In this document: positions 39,523 through 52,741 of the stretch, piece by piece
Numbering within the stretch: the first letter of the stretch is position 1
Layout of the letters: every line of letters starts with the position of its first letter
Assembly (NCBI GenBank): GCA_910592345.1
Contig: CAJVPI010000104.1
Coordinates: 1-53,565, forward strand
DNA: 53,565 nt
Origin: Paraglomus brasilianum
Lineage: Eukaryota
Direction of reading: 5' to 3'
Program-made: the position numbers and the translations under genes
The notes under the pieces: generated by a model
What the model saw: the letters and a program-made list of their open reading frames with translations, nothing else
Told to the model about the DNA's origin: nothing
The model's database searches: none

Positions 39523-41534
39523 GTTTTTATGCCGTTATAATAATAATTTAATCCTTGACTGATGATTTGTTCTATCGATTATAGTTATATGCAGAGACTA
39601 CAGTGCCTTTTTTAATATGTACTATTTAATCTAGTAGTAATTATAGTAATAGATTAATTGTATTTCGCAAAAGCGTTATTATTAGAACTGTTGATATTAT
39701 CGGCTGGTTCTAAGTATAGATGAATAATGCATAATATTACTGTTGGTTCAATTAGTACCAAACATTAAAACAATTAATTAGTTTAAGAATTTAGTGCTTT
39801 GCTATTAAGCTTTTAACAGGTTATATTTGACGTAACCAAATTTTCAATAGGGGCTTTGCAGATGGTAAACGGAATTATTACAACTTGCAGAACGTGCATA
39901 TACCTAATGTTCGCATATGTTTCTTCTTCTACCAATGAAACTACTCTCGGTAGCTTGTAGGTACAATTGAAAATAACGCGCGTTTATGGACAATTTATTA
40001 GCAATGTATTTTGCCAGCCGAAAATTGACGGACAAGATTAGTTTCTCCCGATAGCGGAATCTGCGTTTTGCACGTCACTACCGAGGCGGGGATATTGCTA
40101 TTCGATATATGGGAAATATAATTTGAAACGATACTCTAATAGTAAAATGTAAAATTAGTGAGTATGAAATTTAAAATGCTAGCGATGGTGTTGGCTAGCA
40201 TTTCTACCGTTTCACTAACCAGACTAATTATATTACGACGTTTTAGCTAGATTGATTAATTATCGCTGACAGCATTTTCGTCTAAAAAAGCGGCCAATTT
40301 TGCTGGAGTCGTAGTATTCGCCTGATTTGGCATTATTACCGTTATATTGGGCAATGCTTCGGAGAATAGTGTTCTAAGAAAAATACGAACTTATTGATCT
40401 GACAGCTGGAAGAGAATTATTTTCAAGAGACAAAACGACAAAGAATTGTGAGACTTATTGGTGGCAAACATATCTCTTATGAGTTGGACTAACCAATGAT
40501 AAGAGAATATGAAGATAATCAATAATGTTTGAATTAGAAATTGCCATGTAAACAAAGTGTGTTTACTGCGTTCATTAAAAACAACAAACTTTATTAAAAT
40601 TGGAAGCAATTCTTCGTGGACCTTATTGGCAGTAAATATAATGAATTTTGACAACACATGATTGAACCAATTAGCGAATTATTATTTACATTTCCAAGGC
40701 TAAAAAATCATTCTAATCAAAATTGCACATCATAGACTATCTACATGGCTACAATGACTCTTCCTGACCGCTTTATTCAGTGCAAATATAGAATCTATAC
40801 AAATGTCGCAGCTATATTTGCAAACCCCAATATAAACGTACACGGACTTGAGATTCAGCTCTACATTAGGCTTGGCTTTTCCAATAATATTAAACTATTC
40901 GAATTGACGCTTTTATTTAGGGCTTGCTCTGTTCACAGAATTTGCCTATCTCACCGACATTGTTAGGGGCACAGTTCAATATTAATCGTTAATAACAGTT
41001 TACACTTTAGTAGTCAAGCTAGGTTTAACATACATTTATTACCGATTAGATCAGAGGTGCTTAATTAGTATGGATGGTTGACTAAAGTATTACACGCGGC
41101 GTGTTTAGCGATAGTTATTTGCCATCTAGATTCTAAAATAGTTATTTTGTGGCAGAAAATTTAATACAAAGAAACGATATCCTACACCCGGATTTGGTCG
41201 AAATTCCAGCGGACTAAGGGCAATACTTTACGACAGAGAACAAATAAACTTAAGATCAATATATATATATATACTATCTGGCTTTCGGCATGGCTGGAAT
41301 TGCGCGATCTGTTGTTGTATAATAGTATGACTAAGGATTTTTGCAGGAGGAGAAAAATGTAGCCGTTATAGATAAACTTTACTCTCATGCCGAACGTCAA
41401 GTAGACAATAATAGCATTTGATATAAAAAACAACTCAATGTATAACTAATTTTTATATGTTAACAAGTTTGTATAAATTCAAAATTTATTATATCGTGTT
41501 ATCAAAATATTTGCTGTGTTATAGCAAGGACTTT

Positions 41535-44500
41535 TTAAGTAATTCTAACAATTTTTGATTTAGCGTTAGACTGTTTGTCGACTCCTTTTTGATGTAATTC
41601 TGCCGCTTTGTCCAGGTTCTTTTCTACTCCATCTCCATTTTTATAACATTGAGCAAGATGAAATAGAGCATTAATATGACCTTGATCAGCAGCTTTCTGA
41701 AACAACTCAGCAGCCTTTTCCAAATTTTTCCCTACACCCTCTCCATTCTTGTAGCATGAGGCAAGATTGAATTGTGCATCAACATAACCCTGGTCAGCTG
41801 CTTTTTGATACAACTCAAATGCTTTACTCATATTCTTTTCTAATTTTCCCTCAGTCTCATAACACTTGGCAAGACCATTCTGTGCACCAGCATGACCTTG
41901 GTTTGCTGCTTTTTGATATAATTCAACTGCTTTATCTGAGTCTTTTTCTACCATTTCTCCATTCTCATAACAGACAGCAAGTCTGTATTGTGCATTAACA
42001 TTGCCTCGATTTGCTGCTTTTTGATACAATTCAATAGCTTTCTCCAAATCTTTCTGTACTGTTTCTCCTCTCTCATAATAAACAGCAAGACTGTATTGGG
42101 CAAAAGCATTGCGGCGCTTGGCTGCCTTCTCATATAATTCTATTGCTTTCTTTAAATCTTTCATCACTCCTGTCCCATTCTCATAACATAATGCAAGATT
42201 ACATTGTGCCTTGGTATAACCTTGATTAGCTGCTTTTCGAAAAAACCAAATTGCTTTTTCTAAATTCTTTTGTACTCCCATTCCATTCTTATAACACAGT
42301 GCAAGATGGTACTGTGCATTGTCAATACCCTGATCAGCAGCTTTCTGATAAAACTCAAATGCTCTTCTAAAATCTTTCTCCACACCATCTCCTTTTTCAT
42401 AACACAAAGCAAGTGCACTCTGTGCACGTGCATTGCCTTGAGCAGCTGCATATCCATATAACTCAAATGCTTTCTTTAGGTCTTTTTCTACACCTTCTCC
42501 ATTTTCATAACAAATGGCAAGATTATACATTGCATTAGTATTGCCCCGAACTGCTGCCTTTTCATATAACTTGGCTGCTTTAACTAAGTCTTTCTCTACA
42601 CCTTCTCCATTTTCATAACACAAACCCAGATTTATTTGTGCCTTGGCATGACCTTTATCAGCTGCCATTTGATAAAATTTAACTGCCTTTTTTAGATCTT
42701 TTTCCGTTCCTCTTCCCTTTTTGTAACAAATAGCAAGATTATATTGTGCAACAGAATAACCCTGATCAGCAGCTTTTTGATACAATTCAAATGCTTTTTG
42801 TATGTTTTTTTCTACCACCTTCCCATCTTCATAATATACAGCAAGGCAATTTTGTGCATTTGCAATCCCCTGATCAGCTGCCTTAGTGTATAATTCAATT
42901 GCTTTGTTCAGATCTTTTTCCACTTCATCACCATCTTCATAAAAACCAGCAAGATTGTACTGTGCATATGCATCACCTTGATTGGCTGCTTTTTGATATA
43001 GCTCAACTGCTTTTTTCATGTCTTGAGCAACCACTTCTCCTTTTACATAACATGCAGCAAGATGGTTTTGTGCATCTGCATATCCATGTTCAGCAGCTTC
43101 TTGATACAGTTTAATTGCTTTGTCCAAATTTTTTTCTAACCCTTCACTATTCTCATAGTACATTGCAAGGTCATATAATGCTTTTAATTTGTGATTAGTA
43201 TTTGTATTGGCTGTATCAGTATTGAGTTGACTTTTAAGCTGTTCAGATAATAGGTTTAACCATCTGTATACACCTTCAGCAGATGGTCTTTTATTAGGGT
43301 CTTCATCCCAACACTTTGAATATAATTCAACATATTCATCAGGAGTTCCAAGAAAAGGTTCCTCATGTGTGCCAGTATACCAATACAGATAGAAGTCATC
43401 ATATGTATATAGTCCTTCACAAGGAGGTTTTCCACTAGAAATTTCCCAGAGAAGCACTCCAAGACTGTAGATATCAGATTTCTTTCCTGGTACATATTCA
43501 CCTTCTGATGTAATAATTTTTGGATCAATATATGCAAGGGTGCCTTCATGTTCTAATGCAGTATTTTGTTTATATGGTCCAATATCTGTATTATTATGTT
43601 AGAGACAATGAATAGTTCAATATTCTGTCTGTATTAATAAATTAAGCACCAAGTTATTCAAAATATTTTTACCTTCTGTTGATATTTTTAAGTGGTCTTC
43701 TATTAGAGTCTTTATTTCAGACTTCTGAACATATTTTAATGTACTTTTTGAATGCTCCCGAAAAATAGACATCATGTGTTTAAAATGGTCTATTATGAAA
43801 AATTATCAATACTCAGTATATCTTACTTTCTACTAAATTACTCTCAATATTAATCCAAGCATTGTTGAAAAGTCTTTGGATAATTACCTTTATGCTCTGA
43901 TATAGACATGCCTTGTTCTAGTAAAGTTGATAACCCAAAATCTGTTATTTGGGCCACACCTGAATGAATAAGGATGTTTTTTGAAGACTAAATAATTGGG
44001 AACACAAACATCAAGTGAATATTAGAGCAAACATATGAGGCACAGTTAATTTTTAAATTGCAATAGAAATATAGTTAATATCATACCAAATCTCTATGGA
44101 TAATATTACATTCATGCAGACATTTTAACCCTCTTGCAATATCTAAGCCTAGTTTATACTTGTCTTCCCAAGTTAAATCGGAGAAATGTTCTTTCAGGTG
44201 ATTTTGCAGAGTTTCACCATCAGCAAATTCAAGGACCATCAGATACATATCATTGATATCTGTCACAGCACAAAACAATTATAAAGACTGGAAGTTTGTT
44301 AAGAAATTATAATCAATCAAACTGACATACCTTTGCTTAGGCCTAAAAATTTAACAATATTTCGGTGATCGCCAATCTTCTTATGGTTTATCAGCTGTTA
44401 TATCATAAATTTACAACATTAGAGTTAGCTTTTGATAACTACAAGCTATTGGAATACTACCTCTTTGGCAAAACTTTTATACAAGTTTTCATAATCGTCA

Positions 44501-44739
44501 GCATTATTTTCAGGCAAAAACAGCGCCTTCATTGCGATACATTTTCCAGAGCTTTTTAATTGAGCCTTATAGACCGTTCCATATCCACCACTCCCGATGA
44601 GTGTGCGGTCTTTAATTTCACTCTCTGGATAAAAATCGATCGCTCCATGTTGAACAATCTCATCCAAGTATTCCTTAGCAGTTTTGGAACTAATAAAGTC
44701 GGTAATATCGGGAATATCGGGAATATCGACGGATTGCAT
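41535..44739 (-). CDS. Tyrosine-kinase-like protein kinase with 15 C-terminal Sel1-like repeats
   Basis: Exons ~44739-44461, 44394-44331, 44259-44087, 43987-43888 and 43585-41535. Motifs are IGSGGYGTVYKA, IAMK, HRDLSSKNIL, DFG, GTLAYIDP and SDIYSLGVLLWE, followed by fifteen 36-aa repeats of the form AQxxLAxCYExGxGVEKDLxKAxELYxKAAxQG. Confidence 0.93.
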
Positions 44740-47267
44740 GTTTCGAAGTACTTAAAATTCAAAGTATTTCTCGTGCCTATTTGTAATAATAGTCTTGTCA
44801 AGTAAGTGCTCCGCTAAAGTTGAGATTCGAAAAGACGAACAATGCATTTATGTGGAATACTGTTTCACCTGCGCGATTATTGAACCTATGATAATCAAGC
44901 AAATTTGAAACCAGGGGTTTGTAGCACATTTTGTATTTCAGGCTGCAGTACGTTACTCAAAGAAAACGACTATAATAATTATAGTATGTTGTGACACGAA
45001 CAATTGTGTAATAGCAACACGAATGTATCAATTACCGACCTCAGGTCTGCTTATTTGAAAGGAAACCATTGCTTAAAAGCCGGTTAACCAAATAAGGCTT
45101 CCAGATTTATAACAAAAGTCCGGTACTGTGCCTATAAAGAAAACCTAATATTACCCAGCAGGCTCATAAAAGTTCTGTAAAACCTAATAATCTGGTGAAA
45201 TCGGACGCACGAAGACTACAATACCCAAAAAGAATTTTCGTTATCGTATAAATCAATTGATCTTTGAATAGTTATTTATCAATTATAGGTAAACACTTTT
45301 AAATTTTTAAACGTCATCTGTTTATCAAGAAGAACAAAATGGAGTTTTTTGTATTTTGAATAATTATGTAACGTCAATAATTTGATTCCCACCTACAAGC
45401 AACGTGAACGTAAATGATTAAGTATAAGTGTGCCAACTAGAATACCTTAATACTACCAATAAGAACTATCACTATGCAACCATGAGAACCTAGTCATGCC
45501 GTTCTTTTTTGAAGTTAGTTGCTTATTGCTATCCATAGAGCTTTGGGTATTGGACATCAGGTATAAAAATCTCTGAAACTGTTGAATATGCCAGACAGAT
45601 TATTATTAAATGCGTTGCGATCCGATCGATACCGATTACAGATACAAATTAGAGATAATAAAACAATCTTAAAGTGCAGGTTTAATCTACGTATATGGAA
45701 TAACTGTTTAATAAACAGCACAATTATTAGCAACAATTCAACGCCACGCATTTATAATTAATAACACTATGGCACATTTGCACGTAAACCTATCGATAAC
45801 TATCTTCTTGAGTACAACTCTCGTAGTAGGTTCTAACAAATCTGCTACATGCGCGCGCGTAGTGTTATATCTGATATGTCTGTCAATTAAGATTGAAGTA
45901 TCACAACGTTTCGACCTTTCATAAACATTTGCGGTCAGAATTATTAGGTAAAAGTGGAAAAGATTGCTCTTTGTTTTTTCTTTATCAATAATTGCACTCG
46001 CAATTTCCAACAGCCGTTAGAGTAATAAGTCTAAAGTTCAAGTTGGCTATTTAAATAATTTGCTACAACGCTGTTCAAAATATTTACTCTCACAAATTGT
46101 GCCAATAATTTGAATATACACGTTGGTTGCACCACAAGTGCCAAGAACAAGTAATAATAATTTGGCAGGACAAGTCGGATAGTTTCAACATTAACATTCA
46201 ATTTTTCAAACATTAATACGTTAACACGATAACTATATAATAACAGCTATATAAGGTAAGAATATTTAAAAAAAAATTTGTAGATAATTAAGTGGTCGCA
46301 AGAACCTGCTAGTACTAATTGCAAGGAAATAAATTTCCAAGTTGCAAAAACCCAATGTTTAAACGACGCGTTCAATACAACAAGCTTGTTTGAAATTTAC
46401 CACACTGTTGATATTAAATTTTCCAAAGCCGTTTATTTATAACTATAATGAAGAGAGATGAAATTTGAAAAAAAAAGACCGAGTAAAATGCGATAACTAA
46501 AACGTATCATTTACACCCAAACGTCTCTACATGCTGTTCACTGTAATAATCCAACTCGTACTTTGAAACCCTTTTAATCTATTTGGACTATATGTTACTA
46601 TTAAATACCATATGTTTACGCTGCTTATCGGGCCGGGAAATAAATTTTATAACAAGCAATAGCTCCGTAGTTAGTTCAACACTATCTTGAAATTTTTTGT
46701 TTAGAAAACGTTGATCTTTGTCGGTTACGATTAACGGAACAAACCGGAATGTACAAGTTGTGTGTCCCGGTTTATTCATCGCCGGTGTCAATAATGAAGT
46801 TTTATTATTGGTTCAGGCATCATTTGTCGCTATAGTACAGTAGTACTAAAGTTATACTGATCGGAGGCTTGAATTATCATTATACTGAAAAGATACATAG
46901 TCAAGCTGCTTACAACAAACTCGACGGACTGAACAATTGTGCTATATCCGGCGAAAGGGAGATCGAATAGTCTAAGAAATTGTATGTGCATAGTGAAAGT
47001 AAGATTTCTAGATGAAGCTATATAACCAGACTGGAGAAAATCTTGGTTATAAATAGATTTATTACATAGTTTTCTGACTGTGTATTCGTAACACTCAATC
47101 GCTATCACACAAACTTCCGCATACGGGAAATTTCCATCTACATCCGTAACACGAAAACTTTGCTACGGTAAAATCTGGGATATCGTTAGTTTAGTATTAT
47201 TAGGTAAGTGTCACATCGGAATTTACTGCGTCTGTGTACGTATCTCCAATACTTTCTCCAAGTTGCT

Positions 47268-47374
47268 GGAACCTTCTACTCGCGTGGGGTAACACTGGTA
47301 ACACTGCTACATCATCTACTCCGATAGAACATTATGGAACTTTTTCATTATTACACGTAGCGTCTATATATAAA
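47268..47374 (+). promoter_or_regulatory. Heat-shock-element-like arrays and TATA box of HSP90
   Basis: GAAccTTC at 47269-47276, GAAcaTTAtgGAActTTT at 47327-47344 and TATATATAAA at ~47365. Confidence 0.6.
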
Positions 47375-47536
47375 GACGTATGAGTTTCCATTCAAAAATA
47401 TTTCTTCTCACTAAACGCACTTATCTCTCTTAACAAACAACTACTCGAACCGTCTCGGTCTCATTCGCCACAGTCTTGTCAGTAAACCACGCTTTTACGA
47501 AGAGACACGAAGTAACCATACAAGATAAAAAAAAAT

Positions 47537-49973
47537 ATGGCAGAAGCGAAGCCTGAAGTTGAACAGTTTGCCTTCCAAGCTGAGATTTCTCAGCTTATGA
47601 GTATTATCATCAATACCTTTTACTCAAACAAGGAGTAAGTACATACATGTAGATTTTCTGGTTGTGGGGGGAAATATAGTGACAAGCACGAATGTTAGAC
47701 TTCGATATACCCAACACGAGAAACTGTTCTAAATTTCTTATTTACGCTCAGGATTTTCCTTCGTGAATTAATATCAAATGCATCCGATGCCCTCGATAAG
47801 TTTCGGTACCAATCACTCTTAGATTCCTCAAAGCTTGAGACTGGTAGTGAACTGTATATTCGGATAGTCCCTGACAAAGAAAATAAGACTCTTACACTTC
47901 GGGATACTGGTATTGGCATGACAAAGGTAATGTGTGATTGATAGGAAGGAAGATTTTGTGCACGTCTGCTGCATACACTAATCTCATTTATTTATTCATT
48001 AAAGGCTGATCTTGTGAATAATCTCGGTACAATCGCCCGCTCTGGCACCAAAACGTTTATGGAAGCACTTCAGACCGGTGCTGACATATCTATGATCGGT
48101 CAATTTGGTGTCGGTTTCTATTCAGCCTACTTAGTCGCAGACAAAGTGAAAGTCACGACAAAACATAATGATGATGAACAATACATATGGGAATCAGCTG
48201 CTGGTGGTTCCTTCACCATTACACGTGATACTGAAGGCGAATCTCTTGGACGTGGAACTTCAATCACATTGTTCCTCAAAGAAGACCAGTTGGAATACCT
48301 TGAAGAAAAACGTATTAAAGAAGTTGTCAAAAGGCATTCAGAATTCATCGGTTATCCAATCCAGCTTGAGGTTGAGAAAGAGGTCGAGGTAGAAGAAAAT
48401 GAAGAAGTTGAAGAGGAAGAGGTGGCAGAAGGTGAAGATAAGAAGACTACCGTTAAAGAAGATAAGCCAAAAACAAAAAAGACGGTCAAAGAACTTGAAG
48501 TCTTGAATACGACGAAGCCGCTTTGGACTCGTAACCCCGAAGATATTACTAACGAAGAGTATGCGTCATTCTACAAGTCGATCTCGAACGATTGGGAAGA
48601 TCACCTCGCCGTTAAGCACTTCTCCGTGGAAGGTCAACTTGAATTCCGTTCCGTCCTCTTTGTACCTCGGCGTGCACCATTCGATCTCTTTGAAACCAAG
48701 AAGAAACGCAATAACATCAAATTATACGTTCGACGTGTGTTCATTATGGATGATTGTGAAGAACTAATCCCAGAATATCTGAATTTTGTTAAGGGTATAG
48801 TTGACTCTGAAGATCTGCCACTCAATATTTCACGTGAGACGCTTCAGCAGAACAAGATCTTAAAGGTCATTCGTAAGAACCTCATCAAGAAATGTATAGA
48901 GCTCTTCTTTGAAATTGCCGAGGACAAGGAACAATTCAGCAAGTTCTACGAAGCATTTTGCAAGAACATTAAACTAGCCGTCCATGAGGATAAGACTAAC
49001 ATGACCAAATTCGCCGAATTGCTCAGATTCCATTCTACCAAATCTGGTGATGAGATGACTTCGCTTAAGGATTATGTTACTCGTATGCCCGAGAAACAGA
49101 AGAACATTTACTACATCACCGGCGAAAATCGTCAGGCCGTAGAGAATTCTCCGTTTACCGAAGTGTTGAAGAAACGTGGATTTGAGGTGTTGCTCATGAC
49201 TGATCCACTTGATGAATACGCCATGAATGCACTCAAAGAATTCGAGGGCAAGAAGACGGTTAACATTACAAAGGAGGGGCTCGATCTTGGTGAAGATGAA
49301 GAAGAGAAGAAGAAACGTGAAGAGGAGGAGAAGCAATATGAGCCTTTGTGCAAGGTGATCAAGGAAATCCTCAACGACAAAGTTGAAAAGGTGACTATTA
49401 AATGGTTATGTTGCGCGAATCTCTTTTTGTGTAATATCTAACAGTATTCTCTTATAGGTTACTGTTTCCAACCGTATCTTAGAATCCCCGTGTGTGCTCG
49501 TAACGGGCCAATATGGTTGGTCAGCGAACTTCGAACGCATCATGAAAGCTCAAGCCCTCCGTGACACAAGTATGGCTTCCTACATGGCCTCGAAGAAGAT
49601 TATGGAAATCAATCCACGTCACGCAATCGTCAAGTCGCTCAAAGCCAAAGTCGAGCTAGACAAGAATGATAAGACTGTACGAGACCTCACGTGGTTATTG
49701 TACGAGACTTCTCTGCTGCAGTCCGGTTTCACACTTGAAGAGGCTTCATCGTTTAGCAGTAGGATCTACAAGATGATTAAACTCGGCTTGGATATTTCGG
49801 ATGAAGATGAGCCTGAGGCTGATGACAAGGAAGAACTACCAGAGTTGCAAGAGACTGGCGAAACATCGATGATGGAAGAGATAGGTATGTAAAACGACGC
49901 TTTGTTTTTCAATTATTTCCGTCACTGACGTTTCGCTAATACGATCCATTCTATTGTTTTATTCGCAGATTAA
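47537..49973 (+). CDS. HSP90: Cytosolic heat shock protein 90
   Basis: Exons 47537-47634, 47752-47926, 48005-49391, 49458-49884 and 49969-49973. Motifs are [46 protein letters not shown] and [10 protein letters not shown], ending MEEID*. Confidence 0.97.
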
Positions 49974-51483
49974 ATTGCCACGGGTTTAAATAATTAGAAA
50001 AAGTATACTAATGGTTTGTTAGCGCTGGGGTTGTGTAGCATTGTATAAAGACATAATCTATATATAAATAAAACAACTCTCTGAATATAAATAAATTCAA
50101 AGATGGCAATAACATTGACACATGCTTACAATTGTCAATTATGCATAAATCAAGTGTTATGAGCGTGTTGCCGAGTATGATATTCTTTCTGTCATCTGCG
50201 ATTGTTTAATACTTTTATTCCGCGTTCATCAATCTGGTGATTGGTCAATGATGTGATGCATATGACGGGAAATGTTCATGCTATGATTATGATAATTCAA
50301 TTTCAAGGAGAACCCACGTTGTCAAGATCAGTAATAGTAGGATGAGAGAAACAATTACAGAATTTGCGCGTTAGGCACCACCGAAATTTCATGGGTTTAT
50401 AATGAACGCGAAACAACTAAGCTCCAGAGTTGGCGATGACGTGATGAGTCAGAAGATTATCGGAAGTCGAAGAGGAGGATCGCTTGTTGCCGGTATAGAC
50501 TTATACGATCTGTTAGAGGCTCGATTAGAACACGGATATAGGACTTGGCCATTCTTATGGAAGAGCTTGACGCTCTATTAGAACTAGCATGGCTTCCTTA
50601 TAAGAGGACGGATATGAACCAAGTTTCATTGTTTCAACTAAGAATTTTACGGTACGCCTACAAAGTTGTGCCATTAAATATATATTAGTGCGATCTCGCA
50701 AAATCGTGTATCGCAGTATGAAGTCATCAATAAAACATTACTCACTACTTTGTTTATTCGTGGTTACTAGGCAAAACATATTCTTTCCCGGCCCGGGAAG
50801 AAGAAATATTTAGTTCTGAGGAAGTACAATGCGATGGCCGGCTTACTTAAGCGTTTGGTTATGGGAATGTGCCAAATCTTTCATCAGTTGTAGCAGCGTC
50901 GCGCTTCGTCTTCTATTTCAATACAGATGATCTCTAAGGATTACGAACATTTTCCCATCGAATGATCGTTCCGGTGGGATTATAGCAACAGTCGTTCATC
51001 TTCATATACATTTCCAGAGAAAGTTACCTTGCCGCCGCATTAGGGGAGCGCATTTTGCATGGACTATTCGACATTTAAAAACTGCTTTCCGCCTGCCGAG
51101 AATTTCTCGAATAAGATTTCTCCGCGCTCTCTGCATGTTGGAAGCAAACCACACACTAATAATTATAGCCAAGATGCTCCAGTAAAAAAATAAGAGACAT
51201 TACAAGGATTCGACAGTTAGTCATCAGATAATAAACATGTGCATGATTAGGATGATTAGGATGAGGTATGACTTGCCGTACGATTTAGGTTTGTTCTCCA
51301 TAATCTTTTCCCTAACCTGATGTCACGTTACTAGATGAACAAAACCATTATTATTTTTCGGTGGATTCACAATGGCCATTTAAAGTTGTTGTGTTACAAA
51401 CGATCAGCGGATTGTTCATTCAAAAACGTCTGTTGATCCCGGCGAGTGTACATTTCGTCCCTCGAGTAAGTTACAGTAGTAAA

Positions 51484-52741
51484 ATGGCAGACATAAGCAA
51501 CAGTAATGAGACGGCTACTGAACGAGAATTGAATGAAAGTGTCGAAATGAAACCAGATGGAACTGATAAGACAGAGGGTAATGATGAAAGTATGTGTTGG
51601 GGGAGCTTTATGCTGAAGAATGTTATTTTGTTATTAGAACAGTTTCCCACAGGATCGCGGAGATTTATAAACGCGCTCTGACGTCTTTCTATTATTGAAT
51701 TGTCATCATTTAGCTTCTCCTAGTCCACAAACTCTTGACTCGTCTTTGACTGATCCTTTGCCCTCGCCAGATGCGCCGACCGCTACAACGCCGCCGCCTT
51801 TATCGTCACAATCAGTTAAGGAAACCGAGCAAGTGTCGCAGCCTTCAGTGCAATCTCAAGAATTGAAGCAATCTGTTGAGCAGGATAGTCCCGGTGTCAG
51901 TAGTACTTCATCTGAAGTCCCTCCTACGGTAGTTGCAGACAAACCACTTCCACCCATTCCTCAAACCCAGTCCCTTGAACCTACATCTCCCGCAACAACA
52001 TACCCCCCAACACAAGCACACTCATCCCCTCAATCTCCGAACCTGCCCTCAGACATTGAGTCCTCGATCCTAGACGCAACGCAATCTTCGATTAATTCAT
52101 CTGCTGAACCTAAATCGCGAAAAACACCGGCTTCTCCATCTGAAAAAGCGAAGAAGAATTTTACTAGCGCTTTCACAGCCGTAAGAGGGTTTCTTGTGAA
52201 AAGTTCCAATATGGTTGTGGAGAAAATTAATCAAAAACTGGAGGAGATGGATGAAGAGATGCTGAAGGCCATGGAAGAGGAGGAGTTGCTTAAACAAGTG
52301 GAAAAAAATCAGATACCAAATGGGGAAATTGATGGAGGAGCTAAGGAGGTGCAGAATGGGCGAATCGTTACCGAAGAGGAGAATCCAAGCAGTGCTGTTG
52401 CATCAGGTGGCCTGGTAAAAGGAGACGTGAATGAAGATGATTATAAGAAAAAAAGAGAAGAGTTACTTGGACCTCCTACTCCTACGGCTACTAGTAACAA
52501 AAACAATATCAAGTATGCGACTGTTCCTTCTTCGTCCAAATCTGCAGCCAGAGCATCGCAACAGAATTCCACAAGGTCTGTCATTGCTGAGACTGCCGAT
52601 GCATTGAATGAACGTGGAGAAAAACTGGGTCAGTTGAACGACAAGCTGGAGGACATGTCGAACAGTAGTAATGAATTTGCTAGATTGGCTAAACAACTAG
52701 CTGAAAAAGAGGCGAATAGGAAATGGTATCAATTATTTTAG
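51484..52741 (+). CDS. Low-complexity protein with a C-terminal tomosyn/amisyn-type R-SNARE coiled coil and no transmembrane anchor
   Basis: Exons 51484-51589 and 51714-52741 join through a consistent phase-1 intron. The C-terminus is ALNERGEKLGQLNDKLEDMSNSSNEFARLAKQLAEKEANRKWYQLF. Confidence 0.8.

Noticed and set aside
40173..40203. 11-bp inverted repeat AAAATGCTAGC/GCTAGCATTTT
   Set aside because: It is isolated and short, so plausible by chance. A bacterial-type terminator reading does not apply to this eukaryotic DNA.
41600..43180. Regular 108-nt periodicity that might suggest a CRISPR-like or satellite array
   Set aside because: It is fully explained by in-frame 36-aa Sel1 repeats, and there is no repeat-spacer structure.
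47695..49380. Several antisense and alternative-frame ORFs over HSP90
   Set aside because: They are by-products of codon bias in a conserved gene and have no independent motifs.
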